In this document: in pieces, positions 1-10,326 of the stretch
Numbering within the stretch: position 1 is the first letter of the stretch
Layout of the letters: every line of letters starts with the position of its first letter
From: Terriglobia bacterium
Lineage (GTDB): Bacteria; Acidobacteriota; Terriglobia; Acidiferrales; UBA7541
Direction: 5' to 3'
Assembly (NCBI GenBank): GCA_023512135.1
Contig: JAIMAG010000012.1
Location: forward strand, 4,735-68,734
DNA length: 64,000 nucleotides
The notes under the pieces: model-generated
What the model was told of the DNA's origin: nothing
Database searches by the model: none
The model's input: the letters and a program-made list of their open reading frames with translations, nothing else
Position numbers and translations under genes: made by a program

Positions 1-831
1 GCGATCGCGCAGCCGGCGCAGCCGCTCGCTTTCGGTGGCCATTTCGTTCATGCAAATCTCGCAGGCCTTGCCCAGGCCCACGATGCCCGGCACGTTCAGC
101 GTGCCGGAACGCATCCCCCGCTCGTGGCCACCCCCGTCGATGATGGCGGCAAGCTGCACCCGCGGGTTACGCCGGCGAACGTAGAGCGCGCCCACGCCCT
201 TCGGGCCGTAGATTTTGTGCGCCGAAAGCGAAAGCAGGTCGATGCCGTCCTTCTGCACGTCCACCGGAATTTTCCCGACCGCCTGCACGCCGTCGCAGTG
301 GAACAGCACGCCATGCTCTTTGGCGATCCGGCCGATCTCCTCGATCGGCTGGATGACACCGATTTCGTTGTTCGCATACATGATGGAAATCAGGATGGTC
401 TTCGGAGTAATCGCGCGGCGCAGGTCGTCCGGGTTGATGCGGCCATCGCGTTCCACGGGCAGGTAGGTCACCTGATAGCCGTACTTTTCCAGGCGCTTAC
501 AGGTGTCGAGCACGGCCTTGTGCTCGGTCACCTGGGTGATGATGTGATTGCCCTTCTCGCGATACATTTCCGCGGCGCCCTTGATCGCCAGGTTGTTCGA
601 TTCGGTGGCACCGCTGGTGAAGATGATCTCTTTCGGCGTGGCATTGATCAGCCGGGCAATCTGCGCGCGGGCGTTTTCGACGGCTTCTTCCGCAGTCCAG
701 CCGAAGCTGTGGTTGCGGCTGGCGGCGTTGCCGAACTTTTCGGTGAAATAAGGCAGCATGGCCTCGAGCACGCGCGGGTCCACCGGCGTCGTCGCATGAT
801 GATCCATATAGATGGGCAGCTTGATTGCCAT
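1..831 (-). CDS. iscS: cysteine desulfurase, IscS/NifS family (N-terminal 277 codons; C-terminus runs off the window)
   Basis: Absent from the ORF track because it is open at the window edge. Reverse translation from ATG 831-829 gives [57 protein letters not shown]. Positions 181-240 give [20 protein letters not shown] (PLP-lysine SAHK motif). The + ORF 124..1476 is its antisense shadow. Confidence 0.9.
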   Translation of the reverse strand, partial: MAIKLPIYMDHHATTPVDPRVLEAMLPYFTEKFGNAASRNHSFGWTAEEAVENARAQIARLINATPKEIIFTSGATESNNLAIKGAAEMYREKGNHIITQVTEHKAVLDTCKRLEKYGYQVTYLPVERDGRINPDDLRRAITPKTILISIMYANNEIGVIQPIEEIGRIAKEHGVLFHCDGVQAVGKIPVDVQKDGIDLLSLSAHKIYGPKGVGALYVRRRNPRVQLAAIIDGGGHERGMRSGTLNVPGIVGLGKACEICMNEMATESERLRRLRDR

Positions 832-939
832 TGCCGTTGTCTCCTCCATCCCAAGCCGACCGGGCGGTTCCGCCGGCCAAGCCTTCCCGTTTCTGGTTCC
901 CTGTTCTGTGGCTCGCGGCACGACGCGCGGAGCCACCTC

Positions 940-1374
940 CTAGCTGCGCAGCTCGACAACGCGTGCAGGCTGTTCCTGAATCATCTTCAGGATGGTCATG
1001 CGGTCCAGCATCGCCAGGATGCTCTCGTTCACCTGCCGGAGCGGCTCGCGCACCGTGCAGGTGAGCGACTGCTCGCAGGCTCCCTCCGTGCTGAAGCAGG
1101 AGGCGATCGCCAGCGGGCCGTCGATCGAACGAACCACGTCGAGCGCAGTAATCTGGGCCGGGTCACGCGCCAGCAGATAGCCGCCGCCCGAGCCCTGTCG
1201 CGCTTCCACCAGGCCGCTGCGCGCGAGCCGCTGCAGCACCTTGGCCATCAACGGAGCCGAAATGCCGTAGATTCGGGCGATCTCGGCCGCGCTCCAAGCC
1301 CGATGACCGTTGTGCAAGGCAAGATGCCGAAGGGCAATCAACGCGTAGTCGGCCTTTTTGGAAAGCTTCAGCAT
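940..1374 (-). CDS. iscR: Rrf2-family transcriptional regulator (IscR-like)
   Basis: MLKLSKKADYALIALRHLA wHTH N-terminus and a three-Cys cluster, SCFSTEGACEQSLTCTV. It lies directly upstream of iscS on the same strand. Start trimmed to ATG 1374; the ORF track extends to 1392. Confidence 0.85.
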   Translation of the reverse strand: MLKLSKKADYALIALRHLALHNGHRAWSAAEIARIYGISAPLMAKVLQRLARSGLVEARQGSGGGYLLARDPAQITALDVVRSIDGPLAIASCFSTEGACEQSLTCTVREPLRQVNESILAMLDRMTILKMIQEQPARVVELRS

Positions 1375-1385
1375 TGCGAAAACTA

Positions 1386-1496
1386 CGACCAATTCGGTCG
1401 CAGTTTCATCTTAGGCGTTGCCGAGACTTTTGTCAAGACGAGCGCTCACTTAACTCTAGACAGATCACAGAATTAAAATACGACAAATTTGGTCTG
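1386..1496. promoter_or_regulatory. two GAC-N7-GTC inverted repeats in the iscR/coaD divergent region (candidate Rrf2 operators)
   Basis: CGACCAATTCGGTCG at 1386-1400 and CGACAAATTTGGTCTG at 1481-1496. Both are AT-centred imperfect palindromes just upstream of iscR. No binding data. Confidence 0.3.
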
Positions 1497-1696
1497 CTTT
1501 TCGAGCCCCGCAAACCGAACAGCAAAATTTGCGGGCTGAGCGGAGCATCGCCGAGGCTGAAACGCAAAAGCCTTCCGGACACTTTCGGCCCGTTTCCGGT
1601 GCGGCGGTGGCGAATCTACCGCTGCGAACCGGATTCAGCCGTTATTTTTCCGCGGGACGTTTGCTCGGCTGGGGTACAATGGCGCGCCGGAGACGT

Positions 1697-2179
1697 ATGC
1701 GTTCGCTGCTGGCCATCTATCCGGGCTCGTTCGATCCGGTGACGAACGGGCACCTGGACCTGATCGAGCGTGCCGCCAAGCTGTTCGACCGGCTCATTGT
1801 GGCGGTGCTGAAGAACGATGGCAAAGAGCCGCTGTTTACCCCCGCCGAGCGCATCGAAATGTTGCGCGAGGCGACGCGCGGCTGGCCGAATGTGGAAGTG
1901 GACCTGTTCGGCGGGTTGCTGGTGGAATACGCACGGCAGAAGCAGGCACGCGTGATTCTCCGCGGCATCCGCGCGGTGAGTGACTACGAATACGAGCTGC
2001 AAATGGCGCTGATGAACCGCAAGCTGGCGCCGGAAATCGAAACAGTATTTCTGCTGCCGGCAGAAGCCTACAGCTACCTGAGCTCGCGACTGGTCAAGGA
2101 GATTGCCCGCCTGGGCGGGTCGGTCCACGGGCTGGTGCCGCCCATCGTCGAGCAGCGGCTGCGGACCAAGATGCGCTGA
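1697..2179 (+). CDS. coaD: phosphopantetheine adenylyltransferase
   Basis: MRSLLAIYPGSFDPVTNGHLDLIERA (T/HxGH nucleotidyltransferase motif) and ...SSRLVKEIARLGG. Alternative ATG at 1679; the ORF track start at 1529 is an over-extension. Confidence 0.9.
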   Translation: MRSLLAIYPGSFDPVTNGHLDLIERAAKLFDRLIVAVLKNDGKEPLFTPAERIEMLREATRGWPNVEVDLFGGLLVEYARQKQARVILRGIRAVSDYEYELQMALMNRKLAPEIETVFLLPAEAYSYLSSRLVKEIARLGGSVHGLVPPIVEQRLRTKMR

Positions 2180-2206
2180 AAACGGCTCCGGAGAAACTGA
2201 ATCTTT

Positions 2207-3391
2207 ATGCGATTTGCGGAACGGGTGAACCGCATCCAGGTGTCCGCAACGGGTGCGGTGATGGCGGAAGCGGAACGGCAGAAGGCGCGCGGCGCCGACC
2301 TGGTGGATTTCGGTCCTGGCGAGCCAGATTTCCCCACGCCGGAACATGTGAAGCAGGCGGCGATACGCGCCATCGAGCGCAACTTCACGCGCTACACCCC
2401 GACACCGGGCATTGCCGCGCTGCGCGAAGCGGTCTGCGCCTGGCACCGGCGCGAATTCGGCTCGAACTACACGCCGGAAGAGTGCATCATCTCGGTGGGG
2501 GGGAAGCACGCCATTTTCAATGCGCTGTGTGCGCTGGTGGATCCGGGCGACCAGGTCATCGTGCCCGCGCCCTACTGGGTCAGCTTCCCTGACATCGTGA
2601 AATTTGCCGGTGGCGAGCCGGTGTTCGTCCCCACCGTGGCCGAAGAAGGCTTCCGGTTGCGGGCCGAAGCGGTCGAGCACGCGCTCAGCCCGCGCTGCCG
2701 CGTGGTGATCGTGAACTCGCCGAACAATCCCACCGGAGCGGTGGTCGAACCGGAACAGTTCGAGCGCATCCTGGCGCTCTGTCAGCGCCGCGGGGTGTGG
2801 CTGCTGTCGGATGAAACCTATGCGCACCTGATCTACGACGGCCGACAGCCGTTTTCCGCGGCGGCACTGAACGGAGCGAAGTCGCACCTGATCGTGGTGA
2901 ATTCGTTCTCCAAAACGTTTGCGATGACCGGCTGGCGGGTGGGCTTCACGCTGGCACCGGCACCGCTGGTCGAGGCGATGACGAAGCTGCAGAGCCAGTC
3001 CACCTCGAATCCGACTTCGATTGCGCAGCATGCCGCGTTGGAGGCGGCACAGGGGCCAATGGATTTCGTCGCAGCGATGCGCGCGGAATACGAACGGCGG
3101 CGAGCGCGCGTACTGGATGGGCTGCGGGCGATTCCCGGCCTCCGCTGCACGACGCCGGATGGAGCGTTCTATGCCTTTCCCGATGTGCAGGCCCTGCTGG
3201 CCGGGCGAGCCGCAGATACGACTGCGCTGGCGCGACAGTTGCTCGAGCAGGAGCAGGTGATTGTCGTGCCCGGCGAAGCGTTCGGGGCTCCCGGATTCCT
3301 GCGCCTGAGCTACGCGCTGGCGATGGAGCGCATCGAAGAAGGCCTGCGCCGCCTGCACAGGTTTTTCGCCGCCGCGAGAGCTGCTTCGTGA
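2207..3391 (+). CDS. pyridoxal-phosphate aminotransferase, class I/II (aspartate aminotransferase-like)
   Basis: 394 aa. Contains FGPGEPDFPTPEHVK, PAPYWVSFPD, NSPNNPTGAV and SFSKTFAMTGWRVGF (PLP lysine). Confidence 0.85.
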   Translation: MRFAERVNRIQVSATGAVMAEAERQKARGADLVDFGPGEPDFPTPEHVKQAAIRAIERNFTRYTPTPGIAALREAVCAWHRREFGSNYTPEECIISVGGKHAIFNALCALVDPGDQVIVPAPYWVSFPDIVKFAGGEPVFVPTVAEEGFRLRAEAVEHALSPRCRVVIVNSPNNPTGAVVEPEQFERILALCQRRGVWLLSDETYAHLIYDGRQPFSAAALNGAKSHLIVVNSFSKTFAMTGWRVGFTLAPAPLVEAMTKLQSQSTSNPTSIAQHAALEAAQGPMDFVAAMRAEYERRRARVLDGLRAIPGLRCTTPDGAFYAFPDVQALLAGRAADTTALARQLLEQEQVIVVPGEAFGAPGFLRLSYALAMERIEEGLRRLHRFFAAARAAS

Positions 3392-4431
3392 AGCTCACCC
3401 CGCTGCTGCTGGAACCTCGCTTCGTGCCGCGCCTGTGGGGTGCGCGCAGCCTGGCGCCGCTGTTCCCCGAAGCGCACAACCTGGCCGAGCCCATCGGCGA
3501 GGTGTGGATGACCGGCGAAGAGTGTCGCGTCCTGGCCGGCCCGTATGCGGGCTGCACGCTGGGAGAGGCCTGGAGCCAGTTCCCGGCGGAGTGGCGCGGG
3601 CGTCGGCTGGCGGCCAGCGAACCGTTCCCGCTGCTGGTGAAGTTTCTTTTCCCCCGCGAGCAGCTTTCCGTGCAGGTGCACCCCGACGACGCCTACGCCC
3701 GCACCCGCGAGGGCAGCCGCGGCAAGACCGAGATGTGGTATGTGATCTCGGCCGAGCCCGGCGCCGAGGTGCGCGTGGGACTGAAGCCGGGCGTCACGGC
3801 GAGCGAATTCCGACGTGCGCTGGATGAAGGACGCGTCGAACAACTGCTCGCCACGATTCCCCTGGTCGCCGGCGAGGCCGTCTTTGTGCCGGCGGGCACC
3901 GTGCACACGATCGGTCCGGGACTGGTGCTGTGCGAGATTCAGGAATACTCGGACCTGACCTACCGAATCTTCGACTACAACCGGCGGACAGCGGAAGGAC
4001 GGCCGCGCGAGCTGCATATCGCGCAGGCCCTGGACGTCATTCAATTCAGCGAGCAGAGCGGCGGCAAGCTGGAGCCGCTGCGGATTGCGCGCGGGCCGGT
4101 GACGGAGACTTATTTCGTCGCCTGCCGCTACTTTGCAACCGAGAAGTGGGAGTTCGCCGGACGCATTGCCGCAGTGACTTCGCCCGAACACTTCGACCTG
4201 CTGATTTTCCTTTCCGGGCGCGGACAGATCGAGGCGGGGGGCGCTGCCTGGGACTACGCGCCGGCGCAAGTCTGGCTGCTGCCCGCGACGCTGGGGGCGT
4301 ATCATCTGGTAGCGGAACGGCCGACCACGCTGCTCCGCACCTACGTGCCGGACATCGCACGCGATTTTGTGCAGCGACTGGCCGATCAGCGCGTGCCGGA
4401 ATCGGCCTGGGCGAAGCTGGTGTTTCCGTGA
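3388..4431 (+). CDS. manA: type I phosphomannose isomerase (mannose-6-phosphate isomerase)
   Basis: Contains PRLWGA, LLVKFLFPREQLSVQVHPDD, GKTEMWYV and FVPAGTVHTIGPG (cupin metal ligands). The GTG start overlaps the upstream stop (GTGA, 3388-3391). Confidence 0.85.
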   Translation: MKLTPLLLEPRFVPRLWGARSLAPLFPEAHNLAEPIGEVWMTGEECRVLAGPYAGCTLGEAWSQFPAEWRGRRLAASEPFPLLVKFLFPREQLSVQVHPDDAYARTREGSRGKTEMWYVISAEPGAEVRVGLKPGVTASEFRRALDEGRVEQLLATIPLVAGEAVFVPAGTVHTIGPGLVLCEIQEYSDLTYRIFDYNRRTAEGRPRELHIAQALDVIQFSEQSGGKLEPLRIARGPVTETYFVACRYFATEKWEFAGRIAAVTSPEHFDLLIFLSGRGQIEAGGAAWDYAPAQVWLLPATLGAYHLVAERPTTLLRTYVPDIARDFVQRLADQRVPESAWAKLVFP

Positions 4432-5537
4432 GCCCTGCGAGAATAAACGCACACGCGGTGATCCTGGCCGGGGGCCGCGGCACGCGGTTCTGGCCGCGGA
4501 GCCGGACTCGCACCCCGAAGCAACTGCTGCAGATCGTCGGACACGACACGATGCTGCGGCAGACGGTCGAGCGGCTGCGGCCGCTGTTTCCGCCGTCGCG
4601 CATCTGGGTGGTGACCAACCGCGAGCAGGCTGCCGACGTGCGTCACCAGCTCCCCTTCCTGCCCCGGCAGCACATCCTGAGCGAGCCGGTCGGACGAAAT
4701 ACGGCAGCCGCCATCGGGCTGGCGGCGATGCACATCCGGCGGCACGAGCCGCACGCATTGATGGCCGTGCTGCCGGCCGACCACTTCATCGCCCAGCCGG
4801 CGCGCTACCGGCGCATTGTGCGGGCCGCGCTGGAGGTGGCGCGGCGCGGGCCGCACCTGGTGGTACTGGGAATCCCGCCGACGCGGCCGGAAACCGGTTA
4901 TGGGTACATCGAGCGGGGCCAGACGTACGCGCGAGTGGCCGGCCTGCCCGTGTTCGCTGTACGACGATTCACCGAAAAGCCCGCGCGGACACAAGCGCAA
5001 AGGTATCTGGCTACCGGGCGGTACTTCTGGAATGCCGGGATGTTCTTCTGGAGCGTGGAGACCTACCTCGACAGCCTTCGGCATTGGCTGCCGAGAACGC
5101 ATCGCGCGCTCGAGCAGCTAGCCCGGCGCGTGGGCCGGCGAGATTATGCGCGCTGGCTGGCACGGATCTATCCGCGCCTGGAAAACATCTCGGTAGACTA
5201 TGCGATTCTGGAGCGGGCCGCAGCACGGCAGAGCCCGTTCCGCGTTCTGATGCTGCCGGCGCGGGTGGGCTGGAGCGACATCGGCTCCTGGGCTGCGGTC
5301 TATGAGCTGGAGTCGCGCACTGCGGGCGACAACGTGGCGGCCGGCCCGACCGTGCTGCTGGATGCCGGCGGCAACCTGCTGTGGAGTCCGAACAAAATGG
5401 TTGCGGTGGTCGGCGTGGACAACCTGGTCGTCGTGGATACGCCCGACGCGCTGCTGATTTGCGCTCGCGACCGCACACAAGATATCGGCCGGGTGGTGCA
5501 GGAACTGGAAAAACGGCGGCGCCACGAGCTGCTGTGA
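4428..5537 (+). CDS. manC: mannose-1-phosphate guanylyltransferase
   Basis: AVILAGGRGTRFWPRSRTRTPKQLL (GxGTRLxP-type NTP-transferase loop) and EKP...YLATGRYFWNAGMFFW. The GTG start at 4428 overlaps the manA stop (GTGA). The upstream 166 codons of ORF 3930..5537 lie inside manA. Confidence 0.85.
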   Translation: MSPARINAHAVILAGGRGTRFWPRSRTRTPKQLLQIVGHDTMLRQTVERLRPLFPPSRIWVVTNREQAADVRHQLPFLPRQHILSEPVGRNTAAAIGLAAMHIRRHEPHALMAVLPADHFIAQPARYRRIVRAALEVARRGPHLVVLGIPPTRPETGYGYIERGQTYARVAGLPVFAVRRFTEKPARTQAQRYLATGRYFWNAGMFFWSVETYLDSLRHWLPRTHRALEQLARRVGRRDYARWLARIYPRLENISVDYAILERAAARQSPFRVLMLPARVGWSDIGSWAAVYELESRTAGDNVAAGPTVLLDAGGNLLWSPNKMVAVVGVDNLVVVDTPDALLICARDRTQDIGRVVQELEKRRRHELL

Positions 5538-5597
5538 GCCAGCGTGGCCGCACGAGGCCGGCGGCTTCCCTGCCCGGCAGGCTCTTCCCTATACTGC

Positions 5598-7013
5598 ATG
5601 ACCATGCAGACGATTCGATTCGGGACCGACGGGTGGCGCGGCGTCATCGCCGAGGACTTCACCGAGGAAAATGTGCGCCGCGTGGCGACGGCCATCGCAC
5701 GCTACGTCATCCGGTGCGAACAGGCCGAACGAGGCGTGCTGGTGGGTTACGACACCCGGTTCGGCTCGGAGCGGTTCGCGCGCGTCGCCGCCGAAGCCGT
5801 GGCCGCGACGGGCACGCCGGTCTGGCTGGCCATGGAGGCGTGTCCTTCGCCCGCGATCTCGCTGCTGGTGCGCCTGCGCGGGGCCGCCGGCGGGATCATG
5901 ATCACGGCCAGCCACAACCCGTACAAATGGAACGGGGTGAAGTTCAAGGCCCGCTATGGCAGCTCGGCGCTGCCCTCGATTGTGGCCGAAATTGAAACCG
6001 AACTGGCCGCGGTGTTGCGCGGCGAGTCGCCACCGCTGCCACCGCGGACGGATTTGATCCATTCGCTCGACGTCCGCACGCCGTATCTGGAAACGTTGAG
6101 CCGGCTGGTGGACTGGGAGCGGCTGCAAAGGGCGAAGTTCCGATTCCTCGCCGACCCGATGCACGGCGCGGCGCGCGGCCTGCTGCGGGAGCTGATGCAG
6201 CGGCACGGTGTTGTCTGCGATGAAATTCGCGGCACGCGTGACCCTCGCTTCGGGGGCAGCAACCCGGAACCCATCGAACCGCACACGGCACCGCTGCAGC
6301 AGGCCGTGCGCGACGGTGGCTACGATGCCGGCCTGTGCGCGGACGGCGATGGCGACCGCATCGGCGCTGTCGACCACGACGGCACCTTCATCACCCCCCA
6401 TCAGATTTTCGCGATTCTGCTTTGGCATCTGGCGGGCACGCGGAAACTCAGCGGCGATGTGGCCAAGACATTTTCCGCCACCAAGCTGGTGGACAAAATC
6501 GCGCAGCAGTTCGGTCGCCGCGTCTATGAAGTGCCCATCGGATTCAAGTACATCTGCGAATTGATGCTCGAGCGGGACATCCTGCTCGGCGGCGAGGAAT
6601 CCGGCGGCATCGGAACCAAGCTGCACCTGCCCGAGCGCGACGCAACACTGTCGGCACTGATGCTGGCCGAGGTGATGGCCTGGCACGGGAAGCGGCTCGG
6701 CGAGCTGGTCGCGATGCTTCACCGCGAACACGGCGAGCACCACTACGGCCGCGTAGACCTGGAATTGAAACCCGGACAAAAAGAGAAAGCCGTGGCCTAT
6801 TTCTCCGATGACCAACTGCGGCGTTTCCTCGACTGGCCGGTGGTGAAGCGCGAAGACCTGGACGGAATCAAGGTCTATCTGGACGAGGTCGGCTGGGTGA
6901 TGGTGCGCGCTTCGGGTACCGAGCCGGTGCTGCGTATCTACGCGGAAACCCACCGAGCGGAAACGACCCGAAGGCTGCTCGAAGAAGTCGCGGCGCTGGT
7001 CCAGCGCCTGTAA
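5598..7013 (+). CDS. phosphomannomutase/phosphoglucomutase (alpha-D-phosphohexomutase)
   Basis: Contains MTMQTIRFGTDGWRG, ITASHNPYKWNGVKF (active-site Ser), CADGDGDR (Mg site) and GGEESGG. Confidence 0.9.
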   Translation: MTMQTIRFGTDGWRGVIAEDFTEENVRRVATAIARYVIRCEQAERGVLVGYDTRFGSERFARVAAEAVAATGTPVWLAMEACPSPAISLLVRLRGAAGGIMITASHNPYKWNGVKFKARYGSSALPSIVAEIETELAAVLRGESPPLPPRTDLIHSLDVRTPYLETLSRLVDWERLQRAKFRFLADPMHGAARGLLRELMQRHGVVCDEIRGTRDPRFGGSNPEPIEPHTAPLQQAVRDGGYDAGLCADGDGDRIGAVDHDGTFITPHQIFAILLWHLAGTRKLSGDVAKTFSATKLVDKIAQQFGRRVYEVPIGFKYICELMLERDILLGGEESGGIGTKLHLPERDATLSALMLAEVMAWHGKRLGELVAMLHREHGEHHYGRVDLELKPGQKEKAVAYFSDDQLRRFLDWPVVKREDLDGIKVYLDEVGWVMVRASGTEPVLRIYAETHRAETTRRLLEEVAALVQRL

Positions 7014-7157
7014 TGAGAAAAATTTCCAGCCGGGCTGCACCGGCTGAGGGCGAGCAAGGCAGCCCGTGGTCCCCGGTGGCACCGTTTGTATCCGAAGGCT
7101 GGTACAGTGTTTCTGAACTACGACGTGCAGACCTGAATCGGGCAGGAGCGCATCGCC

Positions 7158-8039
7158 ATGCGTCGGAGACTCTACCATCTGGATGTTTTCACCACGCGGC
7201 CGTTTGCCGGCAATCCGCTGGCCGTGGTCACCGATGGAGACGGACTCTCGGTGGCGCGGATGCAGGCTATCGCGCGGGAGATGAATCTTTCCGAAACGGT
7301 ATTCGTGCAGAAACCCACCAGCTCGCGGGCGCTGGCACGGTTGCGCATTTTCACCATCACCCGCGAGTTGCCGCTGGCCGGCCACCCGGTCATTGGCACC
7401 TGGCACCTACTGGCCGAGCTCGGCGTGGTGCCCGCCAGCGAGGGTGCCGTGCACGTCTGGCAGCAGACCGGTGCAGGAATCCTGCCTGTGGAGATCGAAT
7501 TCGCTGGGGGACGGCCCAAACGGGTCACCATGACGCAGCGCCCGGCGCAGTTTCGTCCGGCGCGCATCCGCCCACGGGCACTGGCCGAAGCGCTGGGGCT
7601 GCGACAGACCGATTTGCATCCGGAGCTGCCATTGGAGTTCGTTTCCACGGGGATTTTCAACCTCATGGTGCCGTTGCGGCAGCGGCCGGCGCTGCGGCGC
7701 ATTCGTTTGAACCAGCACGCGCTGGCGAGACTGCTGCGCCGCCATGCCGTGATGGCTTACTGCTTTGCGCTCGGCAGCCGCGGCAGGGCGTTCGCCCGGG
7801 GCATGCTGCCCTGGGAACAACTGGAAGACCCGGCCACCGGCTCGGCGGGTGGATCGCTCGGTGCTTATCTGGTGCGCCACGGGCGGCTGCGCGCTGACCA
7901 GCCGCTCGAGATCACGCAGGGCGTGGAGATGCAGCGACCCAGTCACCTCTTTGTGCGCGTTGCCCGTCAAGGTCGGCAACTGGTGCCGCAGGTGAGCGGC
8001 AGTGCGGTGCGCATCTTCGAAGGATATCTGGAGGCGTGA
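7158..8039 (+). CDS. PhzF-family isomerase
   Basis: MRRRLYHLDVFTTRPFAGNPLAVV, MNLSETVFV and EDPATGSAGGSL are typical PhzF/YddE signatures. Confidence 0.8.
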   Translation: MRRRLYHLDVFTTRPFAGNPLAVVTDGDGLSVARMQAIAREMNLSETVFVQKPTSSRALARLRIFTITRELPLAGHPVIGTWHLLAELGVVPASEGAVHVWQQTGAGILPVEIEFAGGRPKRVTMTQRPAQFRPARIRPRALAEALGLRQTDLHPELPLEFVSTGIFNLMVPLRQRPALRRIRLNQHALARLLRRHAVMAYCFALGSRGRAFARGMLPWEQLEDPATGSAGGSLGAYLVRHGRLRADQPLEITQGVEMQRPSHLFVRVARQGRQLVPQVSGSAVRIFEGYLEA

Positions 8040-8174
8040 ACCCGAACGAGCAGTCGCCGTTCGCGCAGCACAACACATTCCCGCTTCGACGAAGACAGCG
8101 AAAAGCCGGCCGGCCATCTCCGGGGAAACGAGGCATGGCCCGCGGCCGTGCGCGAGGTTTTTCGGTCCTTCGGG

Positions 8175-9986
8175 TCAGGCTTCCGAATCGGTGCTGCCGA
8201 CTTTGAGCACAGCAAGGAAGGCTTCCTGCGGAATATCCACTCGGCCGACGCGCTTCATGCGTTTTTTGCCTTCGCGCTGTTTTTCGAGCAGTTTGCGCTT
8301 GCGGGTGACGTCCCCGCCATAGCATTTCGCAAGAACATTTTTCCGCAGCGCGCTGATGGTTTCTCGAGCAATCACGCGGCTGCCGATGGCCGCCTGGATG
8401 GGAACTTCGAACATCTGTCGCGGGATGAGCCGGCGCAGGCGGCCGACCAGTTCGCGGCCGCGCGCATAGGCCTGGTCGCGGTGGCAGACCATGGCCAGGG
8501 CATCGACGACTTCGCCACCCACCAGGATGTCCAGCTTCACCAGGTCGGCTTCGCGCCAGCCGGCCAGCTGGTAGTCGAGCGAAGCGTAGCCGCGCGAAAC
8601 CGATTTCAGCCGATCGTAGAAATCGAGCACAATCTCGTTCAGCGGCAGTTCGTACGTCAGCATGACGCGCTTGGGCGAAAGGTACTCGAAATTTTTCTGC
8701 ACGCCACGTTTTTCTTCGCACAGCTGCAGGATGGCGCCCACGGAATCGTCCGAAGTGATGATCATCGCTGTGATGATCGGCTCCTCGATTTTGGCGATGG
8801 TGTTCGGTGGAGGGAAGCGCGTGGGGTTGTCCACTTCGAGGACTTCGCCGCGGGTCGTGGTGATCCGGTAGCGGACGCTGGGCGCCGTGGTGACCACGTC
8901 GAGCGAGAATTCCCGCTCCAGCCGCTCCTGCACAATCTCCATGTGCAGCAGGCCGAGAAAGCCGCAGCGAAAACCGAAGCCCAGCGCAGCGGAGCTTTCC
9001 GGCTCGTAGAAAAAGGCTGCATCGTTCAGCTGGAGTTTGGCCAGCGCGTCGCGGAGTTCTTCGTACTGATCGGCCTGCACGGGATAGAGACCGGCAAAGA
9101 CCATCGGCTTGATCGCCTGAAAGCCCGGCAGGGGCTCGGCCGGACGGGCGGCTTCGACGATGGTGTCCCCGACCCGCGCGTCGGCCACCTGCTTGATGTT
9201 GGCAATAACGAAGCCGACTTCGCCGGGACCGAGCTCAGCCAGGCGCACCGGTTTCGGAGTGAAGGCGCCGAGTTCTTCCACCTCGTACTCCTGCTGAGTG
9301 GCGCAAAGGCGGATGCGCAGGTGAGGGACCAGGCGACCCTGTTGAACCCGCACCTGGACGACGGCGCCGCGGTAGGGGTCGAACCAGGAGTCGAAAATCA
9401 GCGCACGCAGAGGGGCGTCCGGATCACCGGCGGGTGGGGGTATGCGGCGGACCACAGCCTCGAGCACCTCTTCCACGCCCTGGCCGGTCTTGGCACTGAT
9501 CAGCAGCGCATCGGCGGCCGGCAGCGCCAGCACCTGCTCGAGCTGTTCCTTGACGAGCTCGGGCTGCGCGGCGGGCAGGTCGATCTTGTTGATCACGGGA
9601 ATGAGGGTGAGCTGATGTTGCGCGGCGAGGAATGCGTTGGCCACGGTCTGCGCTTCGACGCCCTGACTGGCGTCCACCACCAGCAGAGCGCCTTCGCAGG
9701 CGGAAAGTGCACGGGAGACTTCGTAGCTGAAATCGACATGGCCGGGCGTATCAATCAGGTTCAGCAGGTAGGTGTGCCCGTCGCGGGCCCGGTAGTGCAG
9801 TCGGATACTTTTCGCCTTGATCGTGATGCCGCGTTCGCGCTCGAGCTCCATTGAATCGAGCACCTGCGCGGTCATCTCACGCTGGCTGAGTGCCCCGGTC
9901 AGCTCCAGCAGCCGGTCGGCCAGCGTGGATTTGCCGTGGTCGATGTGCGCAATGATGCAGAAGTTGCGGATGAACTGCGGATCCAT
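8175..9986 (-). CDS. lepA: translation elongation factor 4
   Basis: 603 aa. Contains [34 protein letters not shown] and a C-terminal LepA domain ...[17 protein letters not shown]. Confidence 0.97.
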   Translation of the reverse strand: MDPQFIRNFCIIAHIDHGKSTLADRLLELTGALSQREMTAQVLDSMELERERGITIKAKSIRLHYRARDGHTYLLNLIDTPGHVDFSYEVSRALSACEGALLVVDASQGVEAQTVANAFLAAQHQLTLIPVINKIDLPAAQPELVKEQLEQVLALPAADALLISAKTGQGVEEVLEAVVRRIPPPAGDPDAPLRALIFDSWFDPYRGAVVQVRVQQGRLVPHLRIRLCATQQEYEVEELGAFTPKPVRLAELGPGEVGFVIANIKQVADARVGDTIVEAARPAEPLPGFQAIKPMVFAGLYPVQADQYEELRDALAKLQLNDAAFFYEPESSAALGFGFRCGFLGLLHMEIVQERLEREFSLDVVTTAPSVRYRITTTRGEVLEVDNPTRFPPPNTIAKIEEPIITAMIITSDDSVGAILQLCEEKRGVQKNFEYLSPKRVMLTYELPLNEIVLDFYDRLKSVSRGYASLDYQLAGWREADLVKLDILVGGEVVDALAMVCHRDQAYARGRELVGRLRRLIPRQMFEVPIQAAIGSRVIARETISALRKNVLAKCYGGDVTRKRKLLEKQREGKKRMKRVGRVDIPQEAFLAVLKVGSTDSEA

Positions 9987-10225
9987 GGATGCGTTTTCTA
10001 AACCGTTCCTGCCGGCGTCCCGCGCAGCCTGCGGAGTTGCGCCTCACCACGAGTGGGCTCACCGCCAGAAGGAACACAGCGGCGCGGAGCGAAGACTCCA
10101 GCAACCAGCTAGTGTGCCACAGGTGCGCAGATTCGGCCAGTGAGCGCCGGCGGCGGAGTGAGCGGCTCAGCCACATCGCACCGGAGTCGGAGTTCCTCCG
10201 GTTGCACTGGAGGGTGAAATTGCTT

Positions 10226-10253
10226 TTGCCACTGCCGCACAGGCAGGTATATT
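10226..10253 (+). promoter_or_regulatory. sigma70-like promoter candidate for the TPR-GAF-GGDEF gene
   Basis: TTGCCA (10226-10231), a 16-nt spacer, then TATATT (10248-10253), about 75 nt upstream of ATG 10327. Motif match only. Confidence 0.3.
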
Positions 10254-10326
10254 GTTGGGTTCAAGAGGTGCGCGCCCGCATTCGAATTTCGGGAGCGGGG
10301 GCAGCCTGACCTGCCGCAAGGCACCT

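Noticed and set aside
124-1476. 450-aa + strand ORF, one of many long ORFs in the track. Others include 1616..3358 -, 5589..7406 -, 8148..9854 +, 13960..16545 -, 16820..18199 +, 43331..45172 + and 55059..56453 -.
   Set aside because: Each lies antisense to a gene with clear family motifs (here iscS/iscR). The translations are Arg/Ala/Gly/Pro-rich with no recognisable domain. Stop-poor shadow frames like these are expected in high-GC DNA.
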